Of a stretch of DNA of 64,000 nt, positions 36,601 through 64,000 are shown piece after piece (the stretch's first letter is position 1; the number at the start of each line of letters is the position of its first letter). The position numbers and the translations under genes are program-made. Source of the stretch: Chrysomallon squamiferum (taxonomy: Eukaryota > Animalia > Mollusca); assembly GCA_012295275.1 (NCBI GenBank), contig CM022667.1:20460001-20524000 (forward strand), in the 5' to 3' direction. The notes under the pieces were generated by a model. The model was not told the DNA's origin, ran no database searches, and saw only the letters and a program-made list of their open reading frames with translations.

Positions 36601-39205
36601 ACTGATGTGAAATATGTATGATACAAATGATTAATGGATAGCTGAATGAAATGAATTTCTATTTAGCGATGAATGGATTTTCTAACAACTTCTACAAATG
36701 TTCTAGAGGATTTTTTCATGTGTTACAGTATTTTTTATCTGTTTTTACCTTTCTGCATTGTACTTCACTAACATTTTCGGTGTAATCTGTTGACTCACTA
36801 GCTGCTGCCATGTTAGCATTTTCATCACAGACAGGCAAACTTTCAATTACTTCATAAATAGGCTCTGAAACACCTGATCTAAAAACAGAACAGAAAAGTT
36901 AAACAAATATGTTCTGACATCAGAAATTAAAAATGTACCTACTGTTATAAAAAATTTGTTTAAGAACCAACATTAGTATTAATTGCATTAATTAATTATA
37001 CATTTATATCTGACATTACTTGATACTGTTATGGTTTGAAATTGTCTTTGTAAAGGAAATAAGTACAAAATACAAGTAAATATTGTGTATGATTAAATTG
37101 ACAAAAACATCTGTCTTAGAAGCTGTTTTCAACAAATATAATAAAGTATCAAATTTTAAACACATAACTCACTCTGAATTTACACAAACATTTCCTAGAT
37201 CTGAAGTTAACTGTGTGACACTTGTATCTGGAAAGAAAGACTCGTCTGTTTCATCACTGTCTGCATTATTTACATGACTAGAATGTTCACATAAAAATGT
37301 TGAGGTGATCCGACATTTATCTCGCTTCACAACACACCCAAATTTGCCACGGTGCTTAATAATCTTCAAAAATACTTTCTGTTTTCTGTTACTTTCATCA
37401 TTTTGGAAGTTTGAAGGACAATAATATCCTTGGCAGTTGTGTAAGGTGTCCATGTCAATGTTCACGGGAAATGACATATTTTGAGAAAGATTGTTCACCC
37501 CTGATTCTGAACTCATCCCTTCTGAATCAAATGGACAACTAGCTGATCCTGGTGGACCAGGATGTAATGCTGTTGGCAGTAATGGAGGTACACTTCCACT
37601 ACTGGCAGTGATATACTGGTAATATTCAACTGACAAAGACATGCTATTAGAGTGTTCACTTCCACCAGTGCTAGAATGTATACCATGATGATTTTGATCA
37701 TCTGTGTGTGTGTTATAACCAGAAGCACCTTCTCCATTGTAATTATCACTGTTTACAAAAGAAGCAATTGGGGCACAAGAAGTATCTTCATCATTATCAC
37801 TTTCACTGCTTATCTTCCTTGGAGTTGGTCCTGAAAAAGAACAGTGAACACAAACTTTTTGGGAACAGCAGTTATTTCCTAATTGATCATCATCATCCTT
37901 TAAGCTAAAACCGTCAACAGAAAGGTTATTTTCTTCAAAGACTGGATTGCTAACACTGTTTACAGGTATTTCATCCTCATCACTTGATGACAGTGGTGAT
38001 GATCCCACCGAACTTGACAAAAGCCTCAGAGCTTTGTCAGGAAGATCAGCATCTATAAAATCACCTGTGTCATCACAAGACTCAGGTGTTTCTGCTTTAT
38101 CACAGCACAGATTATTCTGCTGGTTAGACTGACTATCTTGATTGTGAGAACCAGAGGAAAGCATTGCAGAGTTGCAATCACGTACACAGTTATTCAAAAG
38201 AAGTCCTGAAATATCGCTGTTCAGGCTTGAACATGGAACATGAATGTTACCATCAGCCATGTCGTTGTCTACTGTCTGCACAGAGTCTAAATATCTGAAA
38301 CATTCATTAGAGTTCTCCTCTCTGTCATTCAGCGGTGGAACATTATGCCAGTCAACAAGCTTGTCGAAGTCACACACTGCACCTTCATCAATCAAATCGG
38401 TAGCAGTTTCTTCACAGTCAGCTATATCCCCTTCACTTACTAACATATCAGATCCATGTCCATAAATACATGGTTTAAGTGATTCATTCTCAGTCACAAA
38501 CAAACAAGTTCTGTTTTGATTACAGAATCCATTTACACGACACTTGGTGGCATGCAAATCATTTTTATGAGGTGTTTGTTCATTATTTCCACTACCAAGA
38601 AGAAGATGGAACCTAGAACTGAATACATTGTTATGCAGTGGAGAGTTATTTTCAGAAATCACATTAGATATTTGAGAGCTTGATTTAGTTTCCGTTTCTG
38701 ATGATAACTTTTTTAATAATTTTGTATTTTTGTGCATTTGTTTGAAATTTGTATCTGATGATATGACCTTTGGCCTTGCTCCTCCACTTGTCTGAATCAT
38801 ATTTGTACCTGAATTTAAAAATTCTGTATTTTCTGTCAATGAGGTACACTGACCTGCAGCATCATAAGTATGATTGGTCCTGTCCAAATCTATTACTCCA
38901 TTGACCAACTGATCATAACTATTAATTTCCAGATATTTGCCATTCTTCACAATTTCAATACTTTTGTCACATTTTTCTGAATTTTTAAAGTTTAAACTAG
39001 AATGACCATTTAAAACTGATCCAGTAGATGAATCGGGTACAATCTGACAAGGCACTGAGGAATTAACTTCTGAATTCAAATGGGTATTTTCTGCATTATC
39101 CAAAGAATCTACTTCAGTCTGGCTGCTTTGAATCATTTTAGTCTGTTTCTTTGTCCTAGGATGTTTTGAATTAAATAATTCTGGCCGATTTCCTCCACTG
39201 GCCAT
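33685..39205 (-). CDS. Uncharacterised ~1022-aa protein: long low-complexity N-terminus plus a C-terminal papain-fold (peptidase C39-like) domain
   Basis: Minus-strand exon chain 39205-37173, 36878-36749, 36062-35898, 35767-35656, 35248-35117, 34677-34573, 34432-34253, 33896-33685 (stop), all GT-AG and phase-consistent (3069 nt). An in-frame TAA just upstream of ATG 39205 (acceptor at 39216) fixes the start. Motifs: QIGTSACGPTAVLNVL, DAWHHQMVYGV, GLYLTNP. The gene structure is well supported; the domain call is inference. Confidence 0.82.
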
Positions 39206-40289
39206 TATCTTTTAACCTAAAAATATAAATAAGATTATAAATAAATATATTTAGACAAAACAGTATTTTCAATGAAAAATTAATATGGAATAAAATGAAT
39301 TCACTGAACAGAACAAATATAGATGAAATAGTACTGCTGTTTAGGATAACATTAAGAAGTCTGCAGCAAAGAAGGAATATTCATAGCATTATTACCAAAT
39401 TTTTAAAGTAATAATTTCAAAGATTTTGCATTACAAAGTAACACATAGCCCCAATTTCTGTTTTGTACTTATGTTCAAAAGTGTTTGAGAATAATTAAAA
39501 TAAAAAAATATATATTTAAAAACTAGAAAAGCACAAAGTATGTATGTTTTAGTAGTTCTTAGTAAAAGCTGTAGGTGGTGCTCCTTGTCAGGAACATATG
39601 TAGGGTAAAATTATTTTCATTATACAAGTGCCCCAAGCGTCTGCTGGGTTCTGGATCTTTAAGGCATGCTGACAGTATTCTTTACAATTGAGCATTTACT
39701 ATTTGTTGACACTGCTGTGTAAAATGCAGAAACTGATTATCTGCTGTCATTTTAAGCTATCATGTTCATCTGCTAATGCTCTTAACTTCTGAAACACAGT
39801 GATTCATTTTTTTTTAACAAGAACTCTATGTGCAGAAAGTTTTATAATTACTTCATTTTAACTGAACTGAGTATAATAATATGATCACGTTTCAATATTT
39901 TATTGGTAACATATTTAAGAACTTCGAATTGTTTTATTTTTGCTAAAATGCCGTTTATTATTATTTTTTTCTTAATTGGTGGGTGGTTGTGTTTTCCCCT
40001 GAATTTAAGAAATTTAACTGACAAATCTAAAATCATTATACTTCATTCATTTGTTTTAACAAAATATTTAAATATATCTTGAACCAAAGGAATTATATTT
40101 TCATCTAGTATAAATTTAACAATACTTTTTCATTTCTCTGTAAGATATAACTCTTTACGTTTAACTTTAATAAGTGTTTAAGTCCAAACCCAGGCCACTG
40201 AATTTGACATAATTCCCGTAGTGACTCTCTTGTGAGTCTTTGTATATACGTAAGGCAAGAGAAAAAAACGTTAATAGAAACCTGAAACT

Positions 40290-42000
<1,711 letters not shown>

Positions 42001-43018
42001 TAATTTAGAAACTATTCTTATTTGTTACGGTATTCAGTCATTTGTATATTGTTGAATGTTTCGTTAATCATTTGTTTTTTGAAGATGAATCGAAAATTGT
42101 ATAATAAAATTATCAATGCAAGTTGAAGTAGTCGATAACGGATAAGCCTTGGGTTGAAGATCAAAAGGAATGTCATTATCATGATTATAATCAACTGTTT
42201 ATACATTATACAACTGTTGGTGTCATTGGTGTCATAAGAACCAACCAGTTAATGTCATTATCATTGCATTTTCAATTTATTCTACTTCTTTTTAAAGAGC
42301 CATTATCTTTTATAACTTAATTATTAATAAGTAGTTAAAGGACATTTACACCGTGGTTAGTATTATTATTAATATTTATATATTATTATTCATTTATTCA
42401 TTATGATTATTGTGATCCAGAATGGTATGGGGGTAGATTATGTGACTAGTTTCACGACTACCCATTATTGATTAATGTATATAGATTTCAGAAATTTTAA
42501 ACGGAGTAAAATGATTATATAACTTTGGATTTAATTAGTTAAGTTTTCAAATTGTTCTAATTTAAGTAATTAGTCTTAAATCTAGAAACGTGAATCTCAT
42601 CTTTAAATGTAATCCTGAATGCCAAGGAAGCATATAAAATATATAAAGTGCAAGATATGACAAGCAGGTGTTTCAATTTTGTTTTAATTGAATAACTAGC
42701 ATGTTGAAATTATTATTACAAACTCAGGAAGAACAGTTTAGAAAACTTTTACTATTAATCATTTAATGATCTTGGTCACTGAAGAAAAATCATTTTAATT
42801 TTATTTTACAGATGATTTCAACAAAGGAAGCTGACTAGGATAATATGGTGACCTAACATAGGTTAAAAAGATACTGACAGCAAGTTGCATTCAGACAAGC
42901 AATGATTTCAGCAAACCAAGCAAACATCCAGTCATATCAATTCTTTACAAAATTGAAACACAAAATAACTGAGGGACAAAATGACTTTAAGGTAGTTTTG
43001 ATTTAACAAACCAGTGCA

Positions 43019-54902
<11,884 letters not shown>

Positions 54903-57900
54903 CTTCATCTGTTTTTAATTTGGCTGAAGTTACATGAACAGCTAAAACTTATTATTCTATTTTAATAACAGTGTTATAGATTTGTGTGTGTTCAGTATTT
55001 TAAACTGTGAAAATATCAAAGCTAATTCTTATGTTTATTTTCTTTTCTTCTTTTTTTTTTTCTGATAGATAATGTGATGAATGTACATCTAACTTTCACA
55101 TATCCTGATTACTTAACTTACACTGGCAAAGTCAGTTTGGAAACTAAAGATGTTTCATTAATGATTAATATTTAGAAATGTAAAACTGAGGTTTCTGATC
55201 TTTGCCAGGATTCTGTTTCTTTCAGTTGTAATGTAGACATTCGTGGAAGCTATTAATCCGTCCATCACAGATGATTTAACTGATTTTATTAACTTTAAGT
55301 AGAGGAATCTTATTTTTATTAACTTTAATTAGAGGAATATTTTAGAGCCTAATTTATTAATTATTTAAACAAATATCAGAATACTGACAGGCACCCTTTG
55401 TTACATCAACATTTAGTGAGAGAACGATTAAAGCAACTGAGGTTTACAAAACTAATTTTCTTGATTTTAAAGTTTCTTTAATATTATATATCATTATAAT
55501 AATTATTTTTATTATCTTTATCATCATTACAATCATGCTAGACACTTTTTTCCCCAACAAAATGTCTACTTGGAGACATATTGTGTATGGTATTCATTTG
55601 AATTATAATGTTAGGAACAAATGTATTTCTATAAAATTGATTAGAGTTCATTTTGTAGAACATCATGTAAACTGATTTTTCATTTACAACACATTTTTGC
55701 AGAAATGTCAACTGATTTTTCATTTACAACACATTTTGCAAAAGATCATGTTGACTGATTTTTCATTTACAAGGCATTTTGTAATAATTTGATACTGATT
55801 TACTGAACAACAAATATTTTATTAATGGAAATATTGCATTGTTTAGAATTACAGTTCTTAACTTCTTTATAGTGTTTTTCACAAAAAACACATTTTATAA
55901 AATTTGAAAGAGAGTTTACAATCCTGATTTCATAGTGTGATACAGAGATTGTTAAATAGCAGATAATGTATAGTAATACATCTCTGTTTAAACTGATATT
56001 TATTGTTTTAATATCTTGTATTACACTGACTTCATATTATTTATAAATTTTTATTGGAGAAATTCTGATTGCGTGTTTGTTGAAGTTTCTAAAATAACTA
56101 ACCTCACTAATGAAACTTACTTTTATTGTGTTAGCATTTTATCTTTGTATATATTTATTTGGCTGTACAAACTGTAAATACAAGATTCTGCATGGGTTAT
56201 GCTTTTATGATCAAGATACTGTGGTGACGCACATGATTATGTGAATTTGTCAGTGTTATTTGTGGTGTGTGTAATATAAAGTGGCTAAAACAATATTTTA
56301 TTTTGACACTGGGGTGAACATTAAATTGTAAATAAACTGTAGATGTGTTTTTATTTAGCAAGGTTCTGTTTTTGTTTTCTTGTTATGGGAAGTAATCTTT
56401 TTGTTTACTTAATCTTTTATTTATTTATTTATTTATTTTTATGGTCATTACTTTATTATTTTTAATCTCATTGAAAGATGAGATGCTGGTATCAGATGGG
56501 TTATCAATGTCATACTAAGTATCTTGCATGTGACATAATTTTTTATTATGCTAAATTCTTTATATTATTAATTTCATTTTTAATTGACCAATCAAATTCA
56601 TACAATTCAATATCTATAAATCTAATGTAATTAATATATGATAGTTTCTGTAACACCAGCAGAATGAAAAAATATATATATATATATTAATTAAAAATCT
56701 TAATTGAAAACTAGTCTCTTTCTCTTGAAATATACCTGTAATAACAGTAATCGGTGTTGTTATTTTTTTGTTGTAAGAAATATAACTGTCAGTTACTAAG
56801 TTTTAACAATGACAAACATTATTTTAAATCTTTATATCATCAAAGAAAATCTTCACAACTTGTAAATAACATATAGTTCATTATCAAACATTTCTGAAAA
56901 ATTATGTTTGCCAGCAGTTCTGTAAACCACTGATATTTTGTCACCTCATTATTTCTCATACTTGATTTACTGTTGTTAACAGTGACCCACATTTCATAAC
57001 TTACATTTTAAAACCTTTTTCTCTGATTGAACCCTTTAATTTCTTGCAGTTTTTAAATTAACACAAAAGTTGGAAAACCAGATGTGAATCAAAGATGTAT
57101 GTTTTTGTGTAAGTAGCATAACTGTACAGTTATTTAATAAAACCATAATTGTTTTTCTTTTTAAATCTATGCTAATTAAAAAAATTTCAGATGAATTATA
57201 AAAAATCTGTTAAATGCAGGAATCTGCTCGTCAGTGATATTTTTGTCTGATATTAAAAGAATGTACTCACATCGTTTGTGAAATTATTTGAACAAATATA
57301 AAACCTACACTTCACTTCTGTCTACTTCTTTTTCTTAAATTATTTATTATACTGGAGACAATTATGCAAATATGTGCAAAAATTATACAATTAATAAATT
57401 TCTGTTCAGTAATATTGCCTAATTTTTGAGATTTTATTGTTAATGCCAAAAGGTGTTTTTTTCATTTTTATTAAGGTTTGTGGTGTACTTACCTGAGAAC
57501 AAAATGTAATTTTATTTAAAATAAAATACATTTAAAATGTTTTAATAACATATTTTAGCAGTATTATGGTTCTGTAAATATATTATTTTAGCTAAAAGTG
57601 GTGGAAATAACAGCATAAGCAAAAGCAGAACTTTTTAATTTTCAGTTACCACTTTTAAAATGTGCTAACAGAGGTTAAACACATTTTATATACATCAAAG
57701 TTGTTTGTTTTATTTATCCACTGATTGGATCTGCTGACAAAATGACAGTAAACACATGCTTTCCCAAATAGAAATATGCAAAAAATTTATCATGTTGTAT
57801 GTAATTTAAATGAAAGAAATAAATATTTTTAAGAGTAAATCGTATCAAACAGTGATATCCTCTGTTAAAGACTTTTGTACATTTATTGACTGATCTGTGT

Positions 57901-58751
57901 TTCAGACATTTTTAAATGTGAATTATTATCATGTTATTGTTAATTTTCATTTTAACATTTTGATTTTTCAGACAAGATATTTCTTTCCACTCTTGATATA
58001 ATCTCTAGAGAAATTGACTGGATCTAAAATTAACAACACAGAAAATGAAATAATTGATTAATAATTTATTCAGACAACATAGTAGGTAAAACAATATACT
58101 TCATAAATAAGTGGAAAACATATATCTTATTTATTTATTTTGTTATAAACAAGATGAAGCCTGTTAATTGATGGAATTTTTAAATTCTGGCCAAAATTTA
58201 TTTCAATGATTTTGTAATGATACTCATCAAGGTCTTAAGTAAGTAATGAAATGGTAGCAATTTTGTGTAGTGTTAGAAATTTACATGGATTTCAAATTTT
58301 ATTTCATATTATTATTTATCATCTTTTTATTATGCAGCAATGTTACAGAAGTGAAATGGTGGATGAATCAATTTATGTTAATAATTAACTTACTGTATAA
58401 CATTTATATGTACAATTTACCATAATAAAATTTGCATAAACAATAATACAATTAACTCTGCTGTTCAACACTTTTCTAAATTTATTTTTATTTTTATAAT
58501 ATTTATTCTTCTTTTTTTTTGGCCCAGAACCCATTATTGATTTGAAAATGATGTTTTTGACTGTTTATGCTGTAGAAAAAGAAATCTGCTTTAATAAAAT
58601 ATAAATGTATAAATAGACAAACATGTTACATATCATTGTATATTATGTTTTCACTAAGTCTACAAAATTAACATCTTCTAAACCACAGAATTTTACAGTT
58701 ATGGACAAAAAGGCAATAGTAAGAAATTACGATATGCTAAAGAACATATTT

Positions 58752-58794
<43 letters not shown>

Positions 58795-59291
58795 CACTGT
58801 ATCATTGTTTGTATGTATGTAATTTCCTTAAGTCTGATTATCAGACAGTTATGATGGTAGCATTATTTGTTTATATAATTTAATTATGAATTTATATTTA
58901 TTATTTTGTTGTCATTTATTATTATTATTATTATCTGATTATGATGATGTAATTTGTACAACCCTCAGTGATGCAGTTTAAGCAGAGTAGACAGTATTAA
59001 ATCTACACGGTATTCTTTCAGTCTAAAAACAACTAGTTACCTATTAGACATCTTTCTAATATTACCTTTTCTAATCTACGTAGTCTACTAACACAGTTTT
59101 CATATAAATACAAAAAGTTAAACAATATCTAACAAGTTCAGGAGCTGTCTGAAATCTAACAGCAAATTATCTTGATCCAGTCCAAACTGTGACGTTTGTT
59201 TTGACTTCCGGTTTATTCTCACTGGGTTAACACTGCTGTTCTGATTGGCCACATTCTCGTAACTATGAGCCTGTCGTCTGTTTGTCACTGT

Positions 59292-59497
59292 TCACACACT
59301 TAACCAGTGTTCCCTCTGATAACAGAAGAACGGGGAGAGAAAAATGAAACAAACGCGAACATTTCATATTCAAGCCAATTCAAGCCAATTCACTGTCGTG
59401 TTTTCAACTGATTTAATTGATTACGATACAGCGCACGATTACTGAAATTTTTGGAAGAAAATTACATATGCACGCGGAAAATAACTACATTTCAAAC

Positions 59498-59576
<79 letters not shown>

Positions 59577-60620
59577 TAAAATTAAAAATGTAATGTAATA
59601 CATTTTTTTAAAAATTAACAGTGGTGAATTAAATTCTCACCTGAAATCGTTTCACGAATTTTTTCTGAATAATTTCTTCATGTTCCCATTCAGGTGAGAT
59701 GCAGACAGCAAACCGCTGAAATTATAAACATACTTGTACTGTGAACGAATAGAGTAGGCAATCGAATTCATAAAGTGAAAACACTAGGCGTACTGTTAAT
59801 GAAATGTTTGTTATTTTATTATTATTTTAAAAATATGTCTTTAACAGTTACATAGATTAAGAACATCGAATGTGTCTTTAACAGTTACATAGATTAAGAA
59901 CAACAAATGTGTTTAACAGTTACATAGATTAAGAACAACAAATGTGTCTTTAACAGTTACATAGATTAAGAACAACGAATGTATTCGACTTGTCTTCAGA
60001 ACGACACTAACGGAGGAAACAGGAAAACAGTCTTTTATAAAAGTTCTGAACATTAGCTGAGATGAAGAAATCTCCCAATATTTACATAAAAACCAGCCTT
60101 TGTGTTTGTTTTATGTAACAATATTAACCGTCTAGTGAAATCAGTTTTGTAATAAATTATACAAAATTTAAAGTTTATTTAAGTACATTTTAAATGCGTA
60201 TTAAATTATTCCAGATAGTTTAAAAATTAAATTTTAAAACCAGTAAAAACTGATCTTTAAAAAATAATTTTTTATTTTATTTTAAAACAGTTAATTATTC
60301 TGTTACTTCTTTGAAAGAACCCGGTGTTATTGCGAGTTTGTAGATGGCGTATCCAGGGATCATCAGCATGGAGCAAAGTGCAATACACCAGCCAATCATG
60401 TTGGCGTAGGGCGGGTATTTGTAGAAGACGTCTGCTGAAGCGTAGACCAGTGGAGAGTAGGAGGCAATGCTTGAAATAACGATTATCTGAAATAAATAAA
60501 TAAATAAGGAAAAATCTCAGTTTATTTAAAATTATGAAATTATAAAGATATAAACAATGTCTCACTACATAGCTTTCATGAAAAGATATATTTTATTCAT
60601 TGTTACTTATTTTGTGTAGA

Positions 60621-60711
<91 letters not shown>

Positions 60712-61296
60712 TTTGACATTACAGATTATTTTTCATTTTTTATTATAAGAAGAGACTTGGATTTGATTTTCATTTGACTTGTTTAGAAACTGTTACCAGA
60801 AGCAGCGCAGGACTTATAAACTTCCAGCAGATTCTCCAGTAGAGGTTTGGTCGTCTGCCAGTCATTTTCTCAATGTCGTCACAAAACTGATTTATACCTT
60901 AAAATAATCAGAAAAAGCTCTACATACCAGAAAAAATAAGAAAAAAAAAAATTAAAAAAAAATATTGTAAATATTTAACAAGTAGACAAGAATTTAACAA
61001 ACTGATGTATGAATGTTATGTGTCATCAAAGATTAATATTTAAATGCTTTCCTTTAAATTCTTCAAGTGACGCTTTCGGTATATTTATTATTGTTGTTGT
61101 TGTTGTTGTTGTTGTTATTAATATTATAATACTTAACTTTTTAAAGCTGATTATAAATTTATGTGGTGTATAATATAACAAGTACCATAAAACCAAGACA
61201 CCGCCACCACTTGGCACAACACAGCGAACAGTATCGAGGTTCCTGCAGCAAATGCGTCCAGTAGCGTGAAGACGTACATACCACCCTGAAAGAAAA

Positions 61297-61339
<43 letters not shown>

Positions 61340-61350
61340 TAATAATAATA

Positions 61351-61386
<36 letters not shown>

Positions 61387-62570
61387 GTAGTAGTAGTTGT
61401 TGTTATTTATTTATTATTATTATCATTATCATTATCATCATCGTTGTCGTTGACGTCGTCGTCATCATTATCATCATTGTTATTAATGCTATTGTTGCTG
61501 AAAGTTATAATATGTGTACATGTATATGTATGTAAGTATGTATACTATTTTATTTATTTTGTACATCATAACATGGCGGCTGTTATCGGGACTTACCTGA
61601 GTGAGGCAGGGCAGTGAGAAGAAGAAGGCTGAGCCTACGATGACGAGTGTTAGTAATTCTCTCGAATATCGAAATCCTTTCATCACGTCCTGAAACTGGT
61701 CTCTCAGCCCCGTCAGCGGCGACTCCAGTCCCCCAAACTTACAAAATAACATCAAAATAACATCAAAATAACATCAAAATAATATCTCAGCACAATTGAA
61801 AATACACCATGGATTCTTTCTTTTCTTCAGTATTACGTTTTCAATGAAAAAGCTTAGAAACTGGTAACGGTAAATAATGTTACTTATTAATTTACTTCAA
61901 AATAAAGCATTTTAGCGACAGAAAAAACGCAATGAATGTCTCATTTCTAAAAATTAATATGTAAGTTTCATGCAAACTGTGATATATCAAAATATATATG
62001 TTAGTGCCAGTTCTTTTTCAAAGGTTTATAAATATGACCACATTGCAAAATGACACATTGATGTAAATGGCGTTATAGAAAATGTAACAAAACTCTCTAT
62101 TAACGTACATGTAATTAGAGTCCGCTAAACTTAAAATTTTAACAAACAATACATTAATCTTTAAGACATTACGGCTTACAAGATATACTCAGACTGTAGA
62201 ATTACACAAATATATAATTAACTACTAAGGTACAGTTCTAAATGATAAAATGATGTCTGTAACAAAGATAGTCGTACAGCACTGTCCACTCCAAGAGAGA
62301 TGAGCATGAAGAAGAAGATGATTGACCAGCCCGTGGAGCCTGGCAGGGTGGCAATGGCCTCGGGGTACACGATGAACACCAAGCCGGGACCTGCAACAAA
62401 GACGTGACTCTGCTTTACCTTTTCTTGTCAGACTGTAGTCATTGTAAAAATAAGACCTGAATGTGATTAAATATTATAAAAATAATCTTTGTATTTAAAA
62501 TGTATTTGGTTTAAAATTTTGAAATACAATTATAAACTTTCACACATTGAATAGAATTTGTGTGTGTGTT

Positions 62571-62617
<47 letters not shown>

Positions 62618-62813
62618 CTGTAGTTGTATATTTTTTATGTTATGTATAATAAGAATGTAAAAATAAAAGAAATATAAAAGAGAATCACCTTCCGTAGCCA
62701 CTTGGTCGATAGGTTTGTGCGTTTTTAGCGACATGTAGCCAAGATAAGAGAAAATAACAAAACCAGAGAACAGACTGGTGAAACTATTAACTGCCACCGT
62801 TATCAGACAGTCT
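59292..62813 (-). CDS. SLC6 sodium-dependent monoamine transporter (dopamine/noradrenaline-transporter-like), 3' half; 5' exons lie beyond the window
   Basis: Minus-strand exons 62813-62689, 62390-62278, 61737-61597, 61285-61186, 60897-60797, 60486-60307, 59715-59641, 59315-59292 (stop). Motifs: [77 protein letters not shown]. The C-terminus [10 protein letters not shown] resembles the DAT/NET HWL ending. Substrate (dopamine vs octopamine/noradrenaline) cannot be resolved by eye. Confidence 0.92.
59835..59982. repeat. ~37-bp tandem repeat, 4 copies (TGTCTTTAACAGTTACATAGATTAAGAACAACAAA), in an SLC6 intron
   Basis: Directly visible; not overlapping a splice site. Confidence 0.9.
60624..60711. 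repeat. (AT)n(AGAT)n compound microsatellite
   Basis: Directly visible. Confidence 0.95.
61294..61475. repeat. Compound (AAAT)n(AAT)n(ATT)n(GTA/GTT/CAT)n microsatellite tract
   Basis: Directly visible in an SLC6 intron; it begins within the acceptor pyrimidine tract on the minus strand. Confidence 0.92.
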
Positions 62814-64000
62814 CTGAAAAACAACACAACAAATGTTACACACAGTTATCCGACAGTCTTTGAAAAACAAGTGTTACATACAGTTATCAGACAGTCTTTG
62901 AAACACAACATAACAAATGTTACATAGTTATCAGACAGTCTCTGAAACACAATACAACAAATGTTACGTACAGTTATCAATCTATGAAACACAACACAAC
63001 AAATGTTACGTACAGTTATCAGTCTCTAAAACACAACACAACAAATGTTACATACAGTTATCAGACAGTCTTTGAAACACAACATAACAAATGTTACATA
63101 CAGTTATCAGACAGTCTCTGAAACACAACACAACAAATGTTACATAGTTATCAGACAGTCTCTGAAACACAATACAACAAATGTTACGTACAGTTATCAG
63201 TCTATGAAACACAACACAACAAATGTTACATACAGTTATTAAACATTCTTTGAAACAGAATATAACAAATGTTACATACAGTTATCAGACAAAACTCAAC
63301 ACAACAAATGTTACATAGTTATCAGTCTCTGAAACAATACAACAAATGTTACGTACAGTTATCAGACAGTCTCTGAAACACAACACAACAAATGTTACGT
63401 ACAGTTATCAGTCTCTGAAACACAACACAACAAATGTTACATACAGTCTCTGAAACACAACACAACAAATGTTACGTAGTTATCAGTCTCTGAAACACAA
63501 CACAACAAATGTTACGTACAGTTATCAGTCTCTAAAACACAACACAACAAATGTTACATACAGTTATCAGACAGTCTTTGAAACACAACATAACAAATGT
63601 TACATACAGTTATCAGTCTCTGAAACACAACACAACAAATGTTACATAGTTATCAGACAGTCTCTGAAACACAATACAACAAATGTTACGTACAGTTATC
63701 AGTCTCTTAAACACAACACAACAAATGTTACATACAGTTATTAGACATTCTTTGAAACAGAATATAACAAATGTTACATACAGTTATCAGACAGTCTCTG
63801 AAACTCAACACAACAAATGTTACATAGTTATCAGTCTCTGAAACAATACAACAAATGTTACGTACAGTTATCAGACAGTCTCTGAAACACAACACAACAA
63901 ATGTTACGTACAGTTATCAGTCTCTGAAACACAACACAACAAATGTTACATACAGTTATCAGACAGTCTCTGAAACACAACACAACAAATGTTACGTACA
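62799..64000. repeat. ~40-46-bp minisatellite (GTTATCAGACAGTCTCTGAAACACAACACAACAAATGTTACATACA), over 25 copies, running off the window; spans an SLC6 acceptor
   Basis: On the minus strand each unit reads ...TTGTTGTGTTGTGTTTCAG|AGACTGTCTGATAAC, i.e. the acceptor plus the first 15 nt of exon 62813-62689. Confidence 0.96.

Noticed and set aside
37513-38465. Several overlapping ORFs within the 2-kb exon
   Set aside because: Shadow frames of the real minus-strand exon; short and with no independent splice signals.
63045-63744. Repetitive ORFs (YSYQSLKHNTTNVT)n, and similarly 21895-22083
   Set aside because: Chance open frames through minisatellite units, with no coding context.

Overview
AT-rich, intron-dense animal genomic DNA. 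It is probably lophotrochozoan or mollusc-like, inferred from gene style and repeats. It is not prokaryotic, so most short ORFs in the track are exon fragments or noise. Manual exon chaining (GT-AG, phase-consistent) gives four protein-coding genes. (1) + strand 1285-30559: the last 44 coding exons of a strongly divergent IP3-receptor/ryanodine-receptor superfamily Ca2+-release channel. Its 5' part lies upstream of the window. It has a shortened pore filter (YGLIGD) and a ~290-aa RRPS-repeat C-terminal tail ending in a PDZ-type motif. (2) - strand 39205-33685: an uncharacterised ~1020-aa protein with a long disordered N-terminus and a C-terminal papain/C39-like Cys-His-Asn domain. (3) + strand 43019-54902: site-1 protease MBTPS1, head-to-head with gene 2. 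(4) - strand, beyond 62813 down to 59292: the 3' half of an SLC6 monoamine (DAT/NET-like) transporter. Mobile elements are a decayed RTE-type LINE carrying a nested hAT MITE, a second hAT MITE, and a Tigger/pogo-type MITE. The most notable unexplained structures are: all four large minisatellites start exactly on a splice site and multiply it; an RBFOX-motif-rich intron holds candidate microexons; and there is a displaced partial exon duplicate. Everything was read by eye, with no database searches.
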